This document shows positions 28,192 to 37,448 of a stretch of DNA of 64,000 nt, in pieces. Source of the DNA: a virus. Each line of letters starts with the position of its first letter. Within the stretch, counting starts at the first letter, position 1. The stretch covers positions 3,949 to 67,948 of IMG/VR virus record IMGVR_UViG_3300025141_011788. One strand, given 5' to 3'. The notes beneath the pieces are model-generated. The model had not been told where the DNA came from, did no database searches, and was given only the letters and a program-made list of their open reading frames with translations. A program made the position numbers and the translations under genes.

Positions 28192-28455
28192 TTATCCTTT
28201 TAAAAGCTGTTTACCTGAACTCAAATACTCTTGTAAGTCGTCATACCCTCCGATGAAACGAGTTGAACCCCCATCTAGAACTTCCAAGATCAAGGGCACA
28301 GTCTTCCAGTTGTAACGAGAAGACATTTCGGTTAAAAGTTGAGGGTGGTCATCCGTAGGACGAAGTGAATACTGGTTGCCCGTTTGCTCTAGTAGCCGAG
28401 CCGCAGCATGGCAGTAGGGACACGCCTGTCGGGTGTAAAGAACAAAGGTTTTCAT
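28192..28455 (-). CDS. glutaredoxin
   Basis: CPYC, TVP, FIGGYDDL. Confidence 0.92.
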   Translation of the reverse strand: MKTFVLYTRQACPYCHAAARLLEQTGNQYSLRPTDDHPQLLTEMSSRYNWKTVPLILEVLDGGSTRFIGGYDDLQEYLSSGKQLLKG

Positions 28456-28676
28456 CTCTCTTCCTCCCTAACAGTATTTAGTGGGTAGCAATCACTATTC
28501 TCCACAAACCAAACCTCTCCTTCAAAAACTACACGATGGCAGGAAGTAGAAAGACAGGACCCAACACACACGGTTGTGAGCGGTTCTTGAAGTCGTCGAT
28601 ACGCAGTGATACCAGCACCTTCCTTCTTTACGAGAGTTACCTCTGATGGGATGTAGACTAAGCCGCCCTCGATCAA
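28452..28676 (-). CDS. SH3-like hypothetical protein
   Basis: GGLVYIP...RVVFEGEVWFV. Confidence 0.55.
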   Translation of the reverse strand: MIEGGLVYIPSEVTLVKKEGAGITAYRRLQEPLTTVCVGSCLSTSCHRVVFEGEVWFVENSDCYPLNTVREEER

Positions 28677-29158
28677 GAGCCCTCGCCTTCACCACCCAGT
28701 TCTTCAGAGTCTGTCAAAGGCCCTATTGACCCGTTGTTAATCTTGCGGATAAAGTCATTAAAACCTGAAAGCTTTTCTGTCTGCTCTCTCATCTTCTTCA
28801 CCGTGTCAACTAGCTGTTCAGTATCCGGGGTGCTATCCTCGCTAGAAACAGAAGTTCTATAAGTGTCCTCAGGGGATACAACGCCAGAAAGGATATTAGA
28901 CAGCTGATGTAGCTGATGGTCCACATCGGCTAAGTCTAGCCTAATGTCGGAGATTTCCGCAATCGCATCTCTGATCTCTTCTGGGTACGGGTCTCGGCTT
29001 CGAGAGTGGTCCGTGTCAAAATGACCTTCAGGGTCGTAGAGGGCATGAGATACCTCCCTAGCCAGCCGTCTCAGATTCGAAGCTTGTAGCGCCAATAAAG
29101 CATCTACATGCCGAGGGACATCATCCACCCTCACTTGCAATGTTACTTGAGCATCCAT
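28673..29158 (-). CDS. coiled-coil hypothetical protein
   Basis: ORF; likely start MDAQVT. Confidence 0.6.
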   Translation of the reverse strand: MDAQVTLQVRVDDVPRHVDALLALQASNLRRLAREVSHALYDPEGHFDTDHSRSRDPYPEEIRDAIAEISDIRLDLADVDHQLHQLSNILSGVVSPEDTYRTSVSSEDSTPDTEQLVDTVKKMREQTEKLSGFNDFIRKINNGSIGPLTDSEELGGEGEGS

Positions 29159-29169
29159 ATTTTCCACCT

Positions 29170-29355
29170 TTACTCTTCCCAACCCTTTTTCCATTTAATT
29201 TTATGTTTGGGTTTCCGAGAAGATCCTTTCTTTACGTTTTTATCCCGATTCTTATGTACACCAGATCCTGTCTTAAAGGAGTTCTCGATGAATAGCGGGC
29301 TCTTTACAGTATACTTTGTTTTCTTTCGGGTTTTAGCCTTTTTTTTATTAGCCAT
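29170..29355 (-). CDS. highly basic peptide, ArfA-like
   Basis: SPLF...GVHKN..K..KKGSSRKPKHK..W. Confidence 0.5.
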   Translation of the reverse strand: MANKKKAKTRKKTKYTVKSPLFIENSFKTGSGVHKNRDKNVKKGSSRKPKHKIKWKKGWEE

Positions 29356-29372
29356 TTTATTTCCCGATTTCT

Positions 29373-29819
29373 TTAATGATGATTCGTTAGCAAGTCCATA
29401 AACATCTTAACCCAGGCAGCAGCAGAAGTCAACACTAGAGCCCAAATAAATTTCGAGGCGCCGTTTTTCCAAGTGCGTAGCTCTCGGACCTCGGCTTGAA
29501 GATCATCATACCCTTCCAAGTCCTTGTCAAGGTTCTGTTTCCACATCTGGAGTTCTTTATGTTCTTCAAGTAACGGCCGGGTCTCAACAATATATTCGTG
29601 GCGGCGATGAGATTCTGCTTCCATCTCTCGTACTCGACTAAACAATCCCGAGTCTGGCTCATACAGTGCCTTCTTGATTGAGCGTACATCGTTGGCTGCC
29701 GTGTCAACCTGCTCTGCTAGTTTGTCAAACCCTCCGTTGAGTGCTTTGGAGCTAAGTACTCTCGTCTCAATGATAGATAACTTATCATACAAAGATTTAA
29801 ATATCTGATCGTCGTCCAT
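29373..29819 (-). CDS. coiled-coil protein with C-terminal TM helix
   Basis: GGAGG RBS, CTACTTA at 29851-29857, FIWALVLTSAAAWV. Confidence 0.7.
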   Translation of the reverse strand: MDDDQIFKSLYDKLSIIETRVLSSKALNGGFDKLAEQVDTAANDVRSIKKALYEPDSGLFSRVREMEAESHRRHEYIVETRPLLEEHKELQMWKQNLDKDLEGYDDLQAEVRELRTWKNGASKFIWALVLTSAAAWVKMFMDLLTNHH

Positions 29820-29870
29820 GGGATAGGTCCCCTCCTTGGTATCTCTCTAGTAAGTAGCCCTGAAGGAGGG

Positions 29871-31460
29871 TTATTCTTTGGTTTCCCGCAAAACGGCGCA
29901 GTTGGTCGTAAGGAGGGTTCCGGCTGCTGAAACAGCGTTGCGTAGGGCAGACTTAGTGACCTTCACGGGGTCTAAGACGCCCGATTCAATAAGGTCTTCG
30001 AACCGCCCAGTTTTTACATTAAAACCGAAGTTTTCTTCTAGCTCCGAGCTTGGATCGTCGAGAGTTGCCAGTACAAGGTCTGAAGAGATTCCTGCATTGG
30101 CTAGGATCTGCTTTACAGGTGCCCGACAAGCACTGACTACAACCTGGGCTCCCATGACCTGATCTCGGTTTTCTAGCTCCAATTTGAGCCCACGGGTGGT
30201 CGTAACCAAGGCAGTGCCACCGCCGGGGACAACCCCCTCCTCTTGAGCAGAGCGGACTGCCTCTAGAGCATCCTCAATTCTGTGTGTCTTTTCAGTCACT
30301 TCGATCTCAGTCGCACCTCCGACACGAATGACTGATACTCCAGAGGCTAAACGAGTGATTCGCTCCTGGGTTCTCTCAGCTTCATGAAGGTTTTCGGTAC
30401 TTGCAACCTCAGCACGGAGCGATTCTACTCGGTCGTCAATTGATTCAGGAGTTCCCGAACCGCCAGCAAGAGTCGTATGATTCTTTAGAACCTCAATGCT
30501 GCTGACTTCTCCAAGATGTTCTAGCTTGATGTCCTTGATCCGGATAGGCTGGTCCTTACTAATAAAGGTTGCCCCTACGGTGACAGCTAGGTCCGATAGG
30601 AGGTTCCGACGTTCTTCACCGTAACGAGGTGCCTTAACTGCGGCGACCTTCATGCCGCCCCGCATTCGGTTCATAATCAAGGCTGCTAGCAGCTCCCCTT
30701 CAATGCTTTCGGCAAAGATGACGAGTGGTCGGCCGTCCCTAGCTGCTACTTCTAACAGAGGAAGCATCTCGTTAAGATCGCCGAGAGACTCATCAGTTAC
30801 CAAGACTAGGGCATTTTTATATACTACAGCACCTCGGCGCTCATCCGTAATAAACTGAGGAGAGGCATAACCCGCAGGTAATTGAAAACCCTCGATTACA
30901 TCTAGGCTTGTCTCTAGTGACCGACTTTCCTCGATAGTGACTGCGCCGTCTTTTCCGGCTGCGGCGACTGCCGAAGCAATGAGCGTGCCGATGGCAGCGT
31001 CGCCGTTAGCAGAGACAGTGGCGATATGAGCAATATCCTCTTCACTTGAAATTGGCTGGGATAGTGTGTCGAGAGCTTCGAGGACGCCTACCACTGCCGA
31101 GTCCATACCTCGCTTAAGTTCTACTGAATTACACCCAGCGGCAATATGCTTATGTGACTCGTTCAGAACCGCACGAGCTAATACGGTAGAGGTAGTGGTC
31201 CCGTCGCCGGCTGAATCATTTGTAGCAAGGGACGCTTGGCGGATTACATCTGCTCCCGCATTTTCAAAGTCATCAGCCAACTCGACAACACGAGCAACAG
31301 ATACGCCGTCCTTAGTGATTACCGGTGGCTTTCCTCGCTGATAGAGAATGACGTTTTGACCGCCAGGTCCAAGTGTTGAGGCGACAGCATCGGCAAGCTT
31401 GTTGGCGCCAGATAGTAGTTTTTGGCGAATTTCATCGCCGAACAAGATGTTGTTACTCAT
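29871..31460 (-). CDS. groEL: chaperonin GroEL
   Basis: TLGPGG, ITKDGVSVA, GDGTTT, GVVPGGG, DPVKV. Confidence 0.97.
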   Translation of the reverse strand: MSNNILFGDEIRQKLLSGANKLADAVASTLGPGGQNVILYQRGKPPVITKDGVSVARVVELADDFENAGADVIRQASLATNDSAGDGTTTSTVLARAVLNESHKHIAAGCNSVELKRGMDSAVVGVLEALDTLSQPISSEEDIAHIATVSANGDAAIGTLIASAVAAAGKDGAVTIEESRSLETSLDVIEGFQLPAGYASPQFITDERRGAVVYKNALVLVTDESLGDLNEMLPLLEVAARDGRPLVIFAESIEGELLAALIMNRMRGGMKVAAVKAPRYGEERRNLLSDLAVTVGATFISKDQPIRIKDIKLEHLGEVSSIEVLKNHTTLAGGSGTPESIDDRVESLRAEVASTENLHEAERTQERITRLASGVSVIRVGGATEIEVTEKTHRIEDALEAVRSAQEEGVVPGGGTALVTTTRGLKLELENRDQVMGAQVVVSACRAPVKQILANAGISSDLVLATLDDPSSELEENFGFNVKTGRFEDLIESGVLDPVKVTKSALRNAVSAAGTLLTTNCAVLRETKE

Positions 31461-31470
31461 GTGGTTTCCT

Positions 31471-31617
31471 TTACCAGAAGTACATTAATGAAACATTAGG
31501 GATAGGGTTGACTCCGATGAATCCGCCCCCGTTATTTACAAAATCAGCGCCAAATTGAACGGCTTGAGATGTTGTCGCAAAGAGGGCTAAGCTGATTGTT
31601 AATAAAGATTTCATCAT
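31471..31617 (-). CDS. 48-aa secreted peptide (not in ORF track)
   Basis: MMKSLLTISLALFATTSQA-VQFGADFVNNGGGFIGVNPIPNVSLMYFW; AAAGGA RBS and sigma70-like promoter upstream. Confidence 0.6.
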   Translation of the reverse strand: MMKSLLTISLALFATTSQAVQFGADFVNNGGGFIGVNPIPNVSLMYFW

Positions 31618-31703
31618 AGATTTCCTTTGTTTTGTCTCTACAAACAGTATACAGCATAATATTGTACCTTGTAAAGTTTTATTTATCGGGCAGGTAGAGT
31701 ACC

Positions 31704-33059
31704 CTACAGAGGCCTCGAAAAATCCTTATCTTCTTCGGGCTCGGCTTGTGGACGCTCAGGTTCTTGCGGCTGTTGATTCATAGCTGCGAGCATCGCCTTG
31801 ATACCCCTAGGTCCTTCGACCTCCTCGAAAGTGTACGGACTTGGTTCAACATCTCGTGATTTAAACCGAGCGGTGGCGGAGTATGCGCCGCTATAGTATA
31901 CAACTTTATCTTCAGGATCCACGGGCGATTCCCAATGTTTATAAGACACTTCGCCTGTTTCCTTGTCTTTTACTTTTGCCCTTCCCGATGGTCGAGGGCG
32001 AAGCTCAACACCGATCACGCCGGCAAAATGAGGGACAGGTAAGTTTGCAGGATTGCCATCCAAATAGTAAAGCCCCTTGCCGCCGACCTGTATATAATAA
32101 ATAGGTTGTTTTTTCGAAGCATATATCTTATCAATATAAGAAGCCGGCGCCTCTACTGGGGGGAGACGCCCAAAGCCGGCGCTAGCCTTGTTCTGGAGTC
32201 CTGCCTGTTGGGCAGCGGCATAAGCCCTATAAGTAGTCTGAAACGTTCCCATCGCTTTGGCCCCTGGTATCAAGGCTCCATCATCGCTGCGCCACTTGGA
32301 ACTAGCAGGTCGAGCGGGGTCGATCAATGCAGTTACCCAAGCTAGGATATCTTCCTCTTTCTCCCTCAGGGCGGCATGAGTGACGGTCCAGCCATCATCC
32401 CCAAACTTCTCTGGCTTGGCGGGGGCAAACCTTTCACCATCAGGGTTGCCGGGGTAATAAGTAATACTGCCGTCGCCCATCTGAGCATTGGTGTTTTCTT
32501 TAATCTCTAGCCAAAATGGCTGCCCATCGATGATAAATTGTGCATCAGGGCCGTTACTGTTTGCATCGGCGACCAACATAGAGCCGACAATCCCCGTGGC
32601 AGCGAGATTATCTATTATCTCCTGCTCGCTTCTTTGTACCTTCTCGCTAGCAGGGCCTTCTGTAAATACCTGTTCAACTTGTCTATCAAGAAGCTCATTC
32701 AGTACTCTCAAACCCTCACTAATATAACGAGCTTCAGCCGGCTGATTGACCTTCTCGATTTCCCCCATAAGAGCAGGACTGTGCCAATGAAGATCTTCAA
32801 CTACGTCAGGACATCCGCATGACTGAGCGGCTGACTCTACATAATCACCCACGCTCGTAGCTGCCAGCCCATCAAGAAAAAGACCCTCAATGAATGCCTG
32901 CTGTGCTGTGAACGCCATGGTGTCCCAATCACGCTCATAGTTGAATCCATTTGCTCCGAGGCGGCGAGTTAGTTCTGCGATTTTCTCTTTGTATTCACCT
33001 GAGATATCAGGCTTATGAGCCATCGCTTGAGCTTGTTCTTTAGTTACCTTGTAAGGCAT
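31704..33059 (-). CDS. protein with central PD-(D/E)XK nuclease-like domain
   Basis: E...GPDAQF...WLEIK motif; AAGGAG RBS. Confidence 0.55.
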   Translation of the reverse strand: MPYKVTKEQAQAMAHKPDISGEYKEKIAELTRRLGANGFNYERDWDTMAFTAQQAFIEGLFLDGLAATSVGDYVESAAQSCGCPDVVEDLHWHSPALMGEIEKVNQPAEARYISEGLRVLNELLDRQVEQVFTEGPASEKVQRSEQEIIDNLAATGIVGSMLVADANSNGPDAQFIIDGQPFWLEIKENTNAQMGDGSITYYPGNPDGERFAPAKPEKFGDDGWTVTHAALREKEEDILAWVTALIDPARPASSKWRSDDGALIPGAKAMGTFQTTYRAYAAAQQAGLQNKASAGFGRLPPVEAPASYIDKIYASKKQPIYYIQVGGKGLYYLDGNPANLPVPHFAGVIGVELRPRPSGRAKVKDKETGEVSYKHWESPVDPEDKVVYYSGAYSATARFKSRDVEPSPYTFEEVEGPRGIKAMLAAMNQQPQEPERPQAEPEEDKDFSRPL

Positions 33060-33279
33060 CTTTGATCTCCTTAGTGACCAATTGTATCAGACTTTCGTGT
33101 TCGATGTCAACTTCTTGATCACCTATCTTTATTTTTATACTTGCCGCAGTTTCTGGTTCGTCGGCAACCGCAATCATCTCACCGCACTCGACGGCGAGGC
33201 CTTCTTCTTCCAACCGTGCCTGTTCTTCCTTAATGAGTTGAGCGAGGCGACCTTTTGTAATTTTTAAAATGTTTGACAT
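33040..33279 (-). CDS. small acidic protein with KITKGRLAQLIKEE leader
   Basis: GGAGG RBS before MSNIL; CTATATA at 33305-33311. Confidence 0.7.
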   Translation of the reverse strand: MSNILKITKGRLAQLIKEEQARLEEEGLAVECGEMIAVADEPETAASIKIKIGDQEVDIEHESLIQLVTKEIKDALQGN

Positions 33280-33323
33280 GTGCTTGTCCTCCAATGTCCT
33301 ATGCTATATAGGTTACTGTATTT

Positions 33324-34022
33324 CTAAATGAGTTTTAACTGTTCCACTTCTTTAATTGCCTTTAAGTGGCCCCTGGCAATGTTTGTTGTTCCTGCTTCGG
33401 ATCGCATATACTCACATTCTTTCTTGTTAGTGAAGAATCCGTTCTCAGTTAGGATAGCAGGCATCGAGGTGTATTTTAAGATATAAAAGTTTGCTGTTTT
33501 TATTCCCCGAGATTTTAGTGAAGTTTCCCCTTTAATATGTTGCTGGAATATTACCGCTATCTTGTGTCCCGAAGTGGAGCCGGCATGGTGAAAAGTCTCC
33601 AGGCCGTGAGCGGGAGACCAACTAACCCCGTCGCCAGCAGCATTGCCGTGGATGGATACTAATATCTTCTTCTTGGTGGAGGGGAGGTTGTTTGCCCTGC
33701 GACACCGCTCGCCTAGGGAGATATCTTGGTGATCTTCAGGGACCAAGAGGTGATAGTCTATACCCTCGGCATGAAGGTCGGCACAAAGCTTCTGAGCTAC
33801 TTCCCGATTGAAGTGATATTCAAGCAATTGCGTTCCGTCTGAAAAGAATGGAGACCTCTTCCCCGGAGTCGAACTCGCATGTCCGTTGTCAATGATCCAT
33901 AGATAGTTACTAGCTCGTGTAGGTGTCGGAGGAGTAATTTCGAGCGGGTCCTGCGGAGCTGATTTATTGTTAGTGTCTGTCATTCCGAATAACCAATCCA
34001 ATAATATCCTTAGCAGTTTCAT
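33324..34022 (-). CDS. N-acetylmuramoyl-L-alanine amidase (Amidase_3)
   Basis: IDNGH, LEY, VSIHGNA, ILTENGF. Confidence 0.92.
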   Translation of the reverse strand: MKLLRILLDWLFGMTDTNNKSAPQDPLEITPPTPTRASNYLWIIDNGHASSTPGKRSPFFSDGTQLLEYHFNREVAQKLCADLHAEGIDYHLLVPEDHQDISLGERCRRANNLPSTKKKILVSIHGNAAGDGVSWSPAHGLETFHHAGSTSGHKIAVIFQQHIKGETSLKSRGIKTANFYILKYTSMPAILTENGFFTNKKECEYMRSEAGTTNIARGHLKAIKEVEQLKLI

Positions 34023-34047
34023 GTAGTAATTAGAAAGTTGTATCCTA

Positions 34048-34082
34048 AAAGCAACAAAGGAGAGCCCGGTGGCCCTCCCTTG
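34048..34082 (-). terminator. probable intrinsic terminator
   Basis: AAGGGAGGGCC-ACC-GGGCTCTCCTTT imperfect hairpin followed by GTTGCTTTT. Confidence 0.5.
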
Positions 34083-34103
34083 AGACAAGTTTTACTTTAC
34101 TTC

Positions 34104-34697
34104 CTACTTGGCTTCTTTACGAAGCAAACGCTCCACAACACGAGCGAGGACCGCTTCGACTAGTTCGGTGTCGTTGACGACCTCGACCTCTTCCAACTCT
34201 TCAGTGTCGGTGTCGGCAGCAGTTTCATCAGCGTCAGCAGCTTCGGTGGTGACCGGGGTTGCTGTTTTAGCAGCGGCGTCTTCGTCTTCTTCCGTGCGGT
34301 TGGCTGGTGGAAGCTCAAGCTCTTCCTCGGCTGGCAATTCAGCGTCGAGGGCGGGCTCTTCAGCATCTAGGCCGGCGAGGTCGTCGAGGGCTGGTGACTC
34401 TTCGGCACCACCTTCTACGTCAATCGCTACGCCTGTTTCAGCAGACAAAGCGTCTACGACAGCAGCAACAATATCTTCAACACGAGCTTCTAGCTCGGGG
34501 GAAGGTTCTTCAGCGGGCACTTCCAAGGCAGCGTCAGCATCTAGGGCTGGTTCCTCGGCGGGTAATTCATCGGCCATTTCCATGTCCAATTCGTCCTCGG
34601 GCATTTCGCTCAAGAAGTTTTCAGTTAGAGGTGCGATAGCAGCAAGCTTGCCCCAACGGCGGATCTGCTTTTCCCCTAGAAGTCGTTTGCTAGACAT
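34104..34697 (-). CDS. very acidic protein, candidate internal head or scaffold protein
   Basis: E/D/A/P-rich with repeated AEEPALDA; CTATTTA at 34760-34766. Confidence 0.6.
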   Translation of the reverse strand: MSSKRLLGEKQIRRWGKLAAIAPLTENFLSEMPEDELDMEMADELPAEEPALDADAALEVPAEEPSPELEARVEDIVAAVVDALSAETGVAIDVEGGAEESPALDDLAGLDAEEPALDAELPAEEELELPPANRTEEDEDAAAKTATPVTTEAADADETAADTDTEELEEVEVVNDTELVEAVLARVVERLLRKEAK

Positions 34698-34795
34698 TGT
34701 TGTATTTCTCCTTATATGTTCTAAACCAAGTAAAGTAAAGCGTTGATTATCAACATTTATAAATAGGTAGTCTTTTTGTTAAAAGCCCACTAAAC

Positions 34796-35065
34796 TCAAA
34801 AATCATCAAAGGCCTCGTTCGTGAAGTGTTTCATTAGCTTTTTTCTCAACTGCTGTTCGACCTGATACACCCTTACATGACTGACCCCTAGGCGTTTCGA
34901 TACTTCCTCAAGAGTTAAACCATCATCGTGTTTATTGGCACAGACGATAGAACAGTTGGAATCCTCTGGGAAGTCTACCCAATGCCTACATTCTTTAGTG
35001 TCGCAAGCAAGACAGTTTAACTCCGCTAGTTTATAACAGCGGCGACCGTTGTTGTCGTTCTTCAT
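34796..35065 (-). CDS. stand-alone sigma70 region-4 HTH protein with Cys-rich N-terminus
   Basis: LTLEEVSKRLGVSHVRVYQVEQQLRKKL; multiple Cys upstream. Confidence 0.8.
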   Translation of the reverse strand: MKNDNNGRRCYKLAELNCLACDTKECRHWVDFPEDSNCSIVCANKHDDGLTLEEVSKRLGVSHVRVYQVEQQLRKKLMKHFTNEAFDDF

Positions 35066-35066
35066 C

Positions 35067-36161
35067 TTAAAACCCCATGTTATTCTTTTTTGTCGTCCCC
35101 GGAGTATTGACAATGTGAGGGCGGCTTTCAGTGTGACCGGCAGAAGTCTGTTGAATCCATCGAGCGTTGCATCGTAACTCAGCTAAAGTGCGGGCGTTAC
35201 TATAACTACACCCGCTCTTTAAACCGCCAACCAAAGTGTTGACAACATCAGTAACCGAGCCCTTACAGGGGATAAAAGTCGCTACGCCTTCCGGAGAGGA
35301 GTTGCTGCCTCGCCAATCTACTTGAGCGTCTTTTGACGCCATTCCTCGGTACTCCTTAACTCTTGTGCCGTCAGGAAGGCGGCGGACTGCACCGGGAGCT
35401 TCGGTCGTCCCGGCAAGAAGAGAGCCGCACATAACAAAATCTGCTCCGGCGGCGAGGGCTTTAACTATATCGCCGCTGTTTTTAATCCCGCCGTCAGCAA
35501 TGATCTTTACGTCCCTGTCGGTGCGGGCACAATCAATAATTGTTTGGAGGCCTGGCACGCCGTGGCCCGTCTGGACTCTAGTTGAACAAATTGAACCTGA
35601 CCCAATATTACAGCGAACACTGTCCGCTCCCCAATCGGATAAGTCGTTGACGCCTTCGAGGGTAGCCACGTTGCCCGCCATGAGGTGAACCTCACCGATC
35701 GGATATTTTCGTCGAAGCTTGAGAAGGGCATCCCGCATCATAATATGGTGGCCGTGAGCAACATCAACACAGATGATCGTTGCACCTGCTCGTACTGCTG
35801 CCTCTGCTCGCTCCATAAAACCTCCAGATACCCCGACTGCTGCGCCGATGTTTGGCAAGAATATACAGTTTGAAAGTAGCTTCTCGTATGCCTGCTTGAT
35901 AATCGCAGCCTGCATCTCAATGGAGTTATATCGGTGGACGATCGCACATCCGCCAAGAGTTGCCATCTCCACGGCCATGTCTACGCCGCTTACCGTATCC
36001 ATGGGAGACGCAATGATCGGAGTGTTGAGACGAAGGTTAGAATCCAAATCAGAAGATACATCAACCTGTCTTCGACTGGTAATCTCGCTATACTGTGGTT
36101 GAAGCAGTACGTCATCGTAAGCTATCGCTAGTGGAGCATCAAGGTCGTTTCTATTACTCAC
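35067..36161 (-). CDS. guaB: IMP dehydrogenase / GMP reductase family (no CBS domains)
   Basis: SPMDTV, VDVAHGH, GSICSTR catalytic Cys, ADGGI, YRGMAS, PEGV. Confidence 0.88.
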   Translation of the reverse strand: MSNRNDLDAPLAIAYDDVLLQPQYSEITSRRQVDVSSDLDSNLRLNTPIIASPMDTVSGVDMAVEMATLGGCAIVHRYNSIEMQAAIIKQAYEKLLSNCIFLPNIGAAVGVSGGFMERAEAAVRAGATIICVDVAHGHHIMMRDALLKLRRKYPIGEVHLMAGNVATLEGVNDLSDWGADSVRCNIGSGSICSTRVQTGHGVPGLQTIIDCARTDRDVKIIADGGIKNSGDIVKALAAGADFVMCGSLLAGTTEAPGAVRRLPDGTRVKEYRGMASKDAQVDWRGSNSSPEGVATFIPCKGSVTDVVNTLVGGLKSGCSYSNARTLAELRCNARWIQQTSAGHTESRPHIVNTPGTTKKNNMGF

Positions 36162-36462
36162 TTTGTTCCCTTTCCGGGTTGATGGTGTTGATTAATTCTT
36201 GTGTTTTAGTAGTGCAAGTGGGGCAAAACAAAGTTACCTTCTGCTCCTCTGCCTTCACTACAACTCGCCAAGACATGTGAGCCTCCCTGGTCTTTGGGAA
36301 ATCTGTGGAGCAAGCTGAACAGGTTGTTGGAAGTTTATTGAACAATCCAACCTGCTCCCCTAAGTCCTTCTGTATTTTTTTTTCGATGGGATTTTTTTGG
36401 CTGGGTTTGTCTTTCTTTTTCTTGTTTCTTTTGAGTTGCTTCTTATGTTTCTTGTTGTTCAT
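36154..36462 (-). CDS. zinc-ribbon protein
   Basis: CSAC...CPTC, Lys-rich N-terminus. Confidence 0.7.
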   Translation of the reverse strand: MNNKKHKKQLKRNKKKKDKPSQKNPIEKKIQKDLGEQVGLFNKLPTTCSACSTDFPKTREAHMSWRVVVKAEEQKVTLFCPTCTTKTQELINTINPEREQSE

Positions 36463-36574
36463 TCTTTTTAGTCCTTCCCGAAAAAGGAGTGGGCGATGAA
36501 AAGAGCTAGTGCGCCCGAAATCAAGAGCCCTGAGATAGAATAGAAGAGGATGTCAAAGCTGGTGTCCATACCCC

Positions 36575-37183
36575 CTACACTCCTGTCGAGCCGAAGCCGC
36601 CTGATTGGCGGGCAGAAGATGATTCGCTATCGTAGATCTCTTCTTGCTCTTCAAACTCTAAATCAGTCGTAATCTGAACGAAAACCGCTTGAGCAATTTT
36701 TTGGCCGGGGCGGATGCGGACACAGTTGTGGCCCACGTTGTGGAGGATTACCTTCACTTCCCCGGTATAGCCCTGGTCAACCACGCCGCCCCCAACATGA
36801 AGGCCACTCTTCAGACTCAGCCCTGACTTGTTTTTGATCTCAAGCATGTGACCGGTGGGAACCTCGATGCGTAAGCCCGTTGGAATAAGGGCTCGCTCCG
36901 AAGGGGCAATGTTCAAGGATGCTAACGAGCTTGAATCCTCTGGGGCAAAGCGTAGATCTGCGCCGGCGTCCGTTGGATGGGCTCGCTCCGGCATGATGGC
37001 ATTTTCTCTTAGTCGATGAACACGGACTTTATTCAATTCGTCTCCACCTTCAGGAGTACAAGTCCCTACTTTCACTTTGACACCCGAAGGCTGATCTTTA
37101 CAACCGGGGCATGCCTTCCTCAAATTGCAACCGCAATTGTAGCAGTTACCCTCGTTCTCCACCAAGGTTTGTCCGTCAATCAT
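36575..37183 (-). CDS. dut: trimeric dUTPase
   Basis: AGADL, KSGLS, GVVDQGYTGE, KIAQ, RQSGGFGSTG. Confidence 0.95.
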   Translation of the reverse strand: MIDGQTLVENEGNCYNCGCNLRKACPGCKDQPSGVKVKVGTCTPEGGDELNKVRVHRLRENAIMPERAHPTDAGADLRFAPEDSSSLASLNIAPSERALIPTGLRIEVPTGHMLEIKNKSGLSLKSGLHVGGGVVDQGYTGEVKVILHNVGHNCVRIRPGQKIAQAVFVQITTDLEFEEQEEIYDSESSSARQSGGFGSTGV

Positions 37184-37448
37184 TCTTCTCCATTTTCTTG
37201 ATAAATTGATCGAGAAATATTCTTTCTTTATTTCCCGAGTTGTTGATTACTGTTGCTGATAAGGGTTGACCCTTGCGAAGGCGAGGATGCTTGTCAAGTA
37301 CCATGCCCATACATTCGTATACTGCTGTTTTTTCGCCGTCTCGTAGGTATGGATTTACCTGGGATAGGTCTCTCATGACCTTGTACTTGATTAGGTCTCC
37401 GGGCTGTAGCTCCGCCCATCGTTGTCTTTTAGACACAACATCTCCCAT
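37176..37448 (-). CDS. KOW/SH3-like protein
   Basis: LQPGDLIKY...GMVL; TTGACA-N17-TAATAT promoter at about 37461-37489. Confidence 0.6.
   Translation of the reverse strand: MGDVVSKRQRWAELQPGDLIKYKVMRDLSQVNPYLRDGEKTAVYECMGMVLDKHPRLRKGQPLSATVINNSGNKERIFLDQFIKKMEKND

Noticed and set aside
34758-34766. T4-type late promoter TATAAATA on the plus strand
   Set aside because: It points away from the adjacent gene; across all sites the gene-oriented reading is CTAYTTA.
29871-36161. Bacterial chromosome or prophage flank (groEL, guaB, amidase)
   Set aside because: These genes are interspersed with phage-type ORFs and share the same promoter motifs and CGCG avoidance; there is no cellular operon context.
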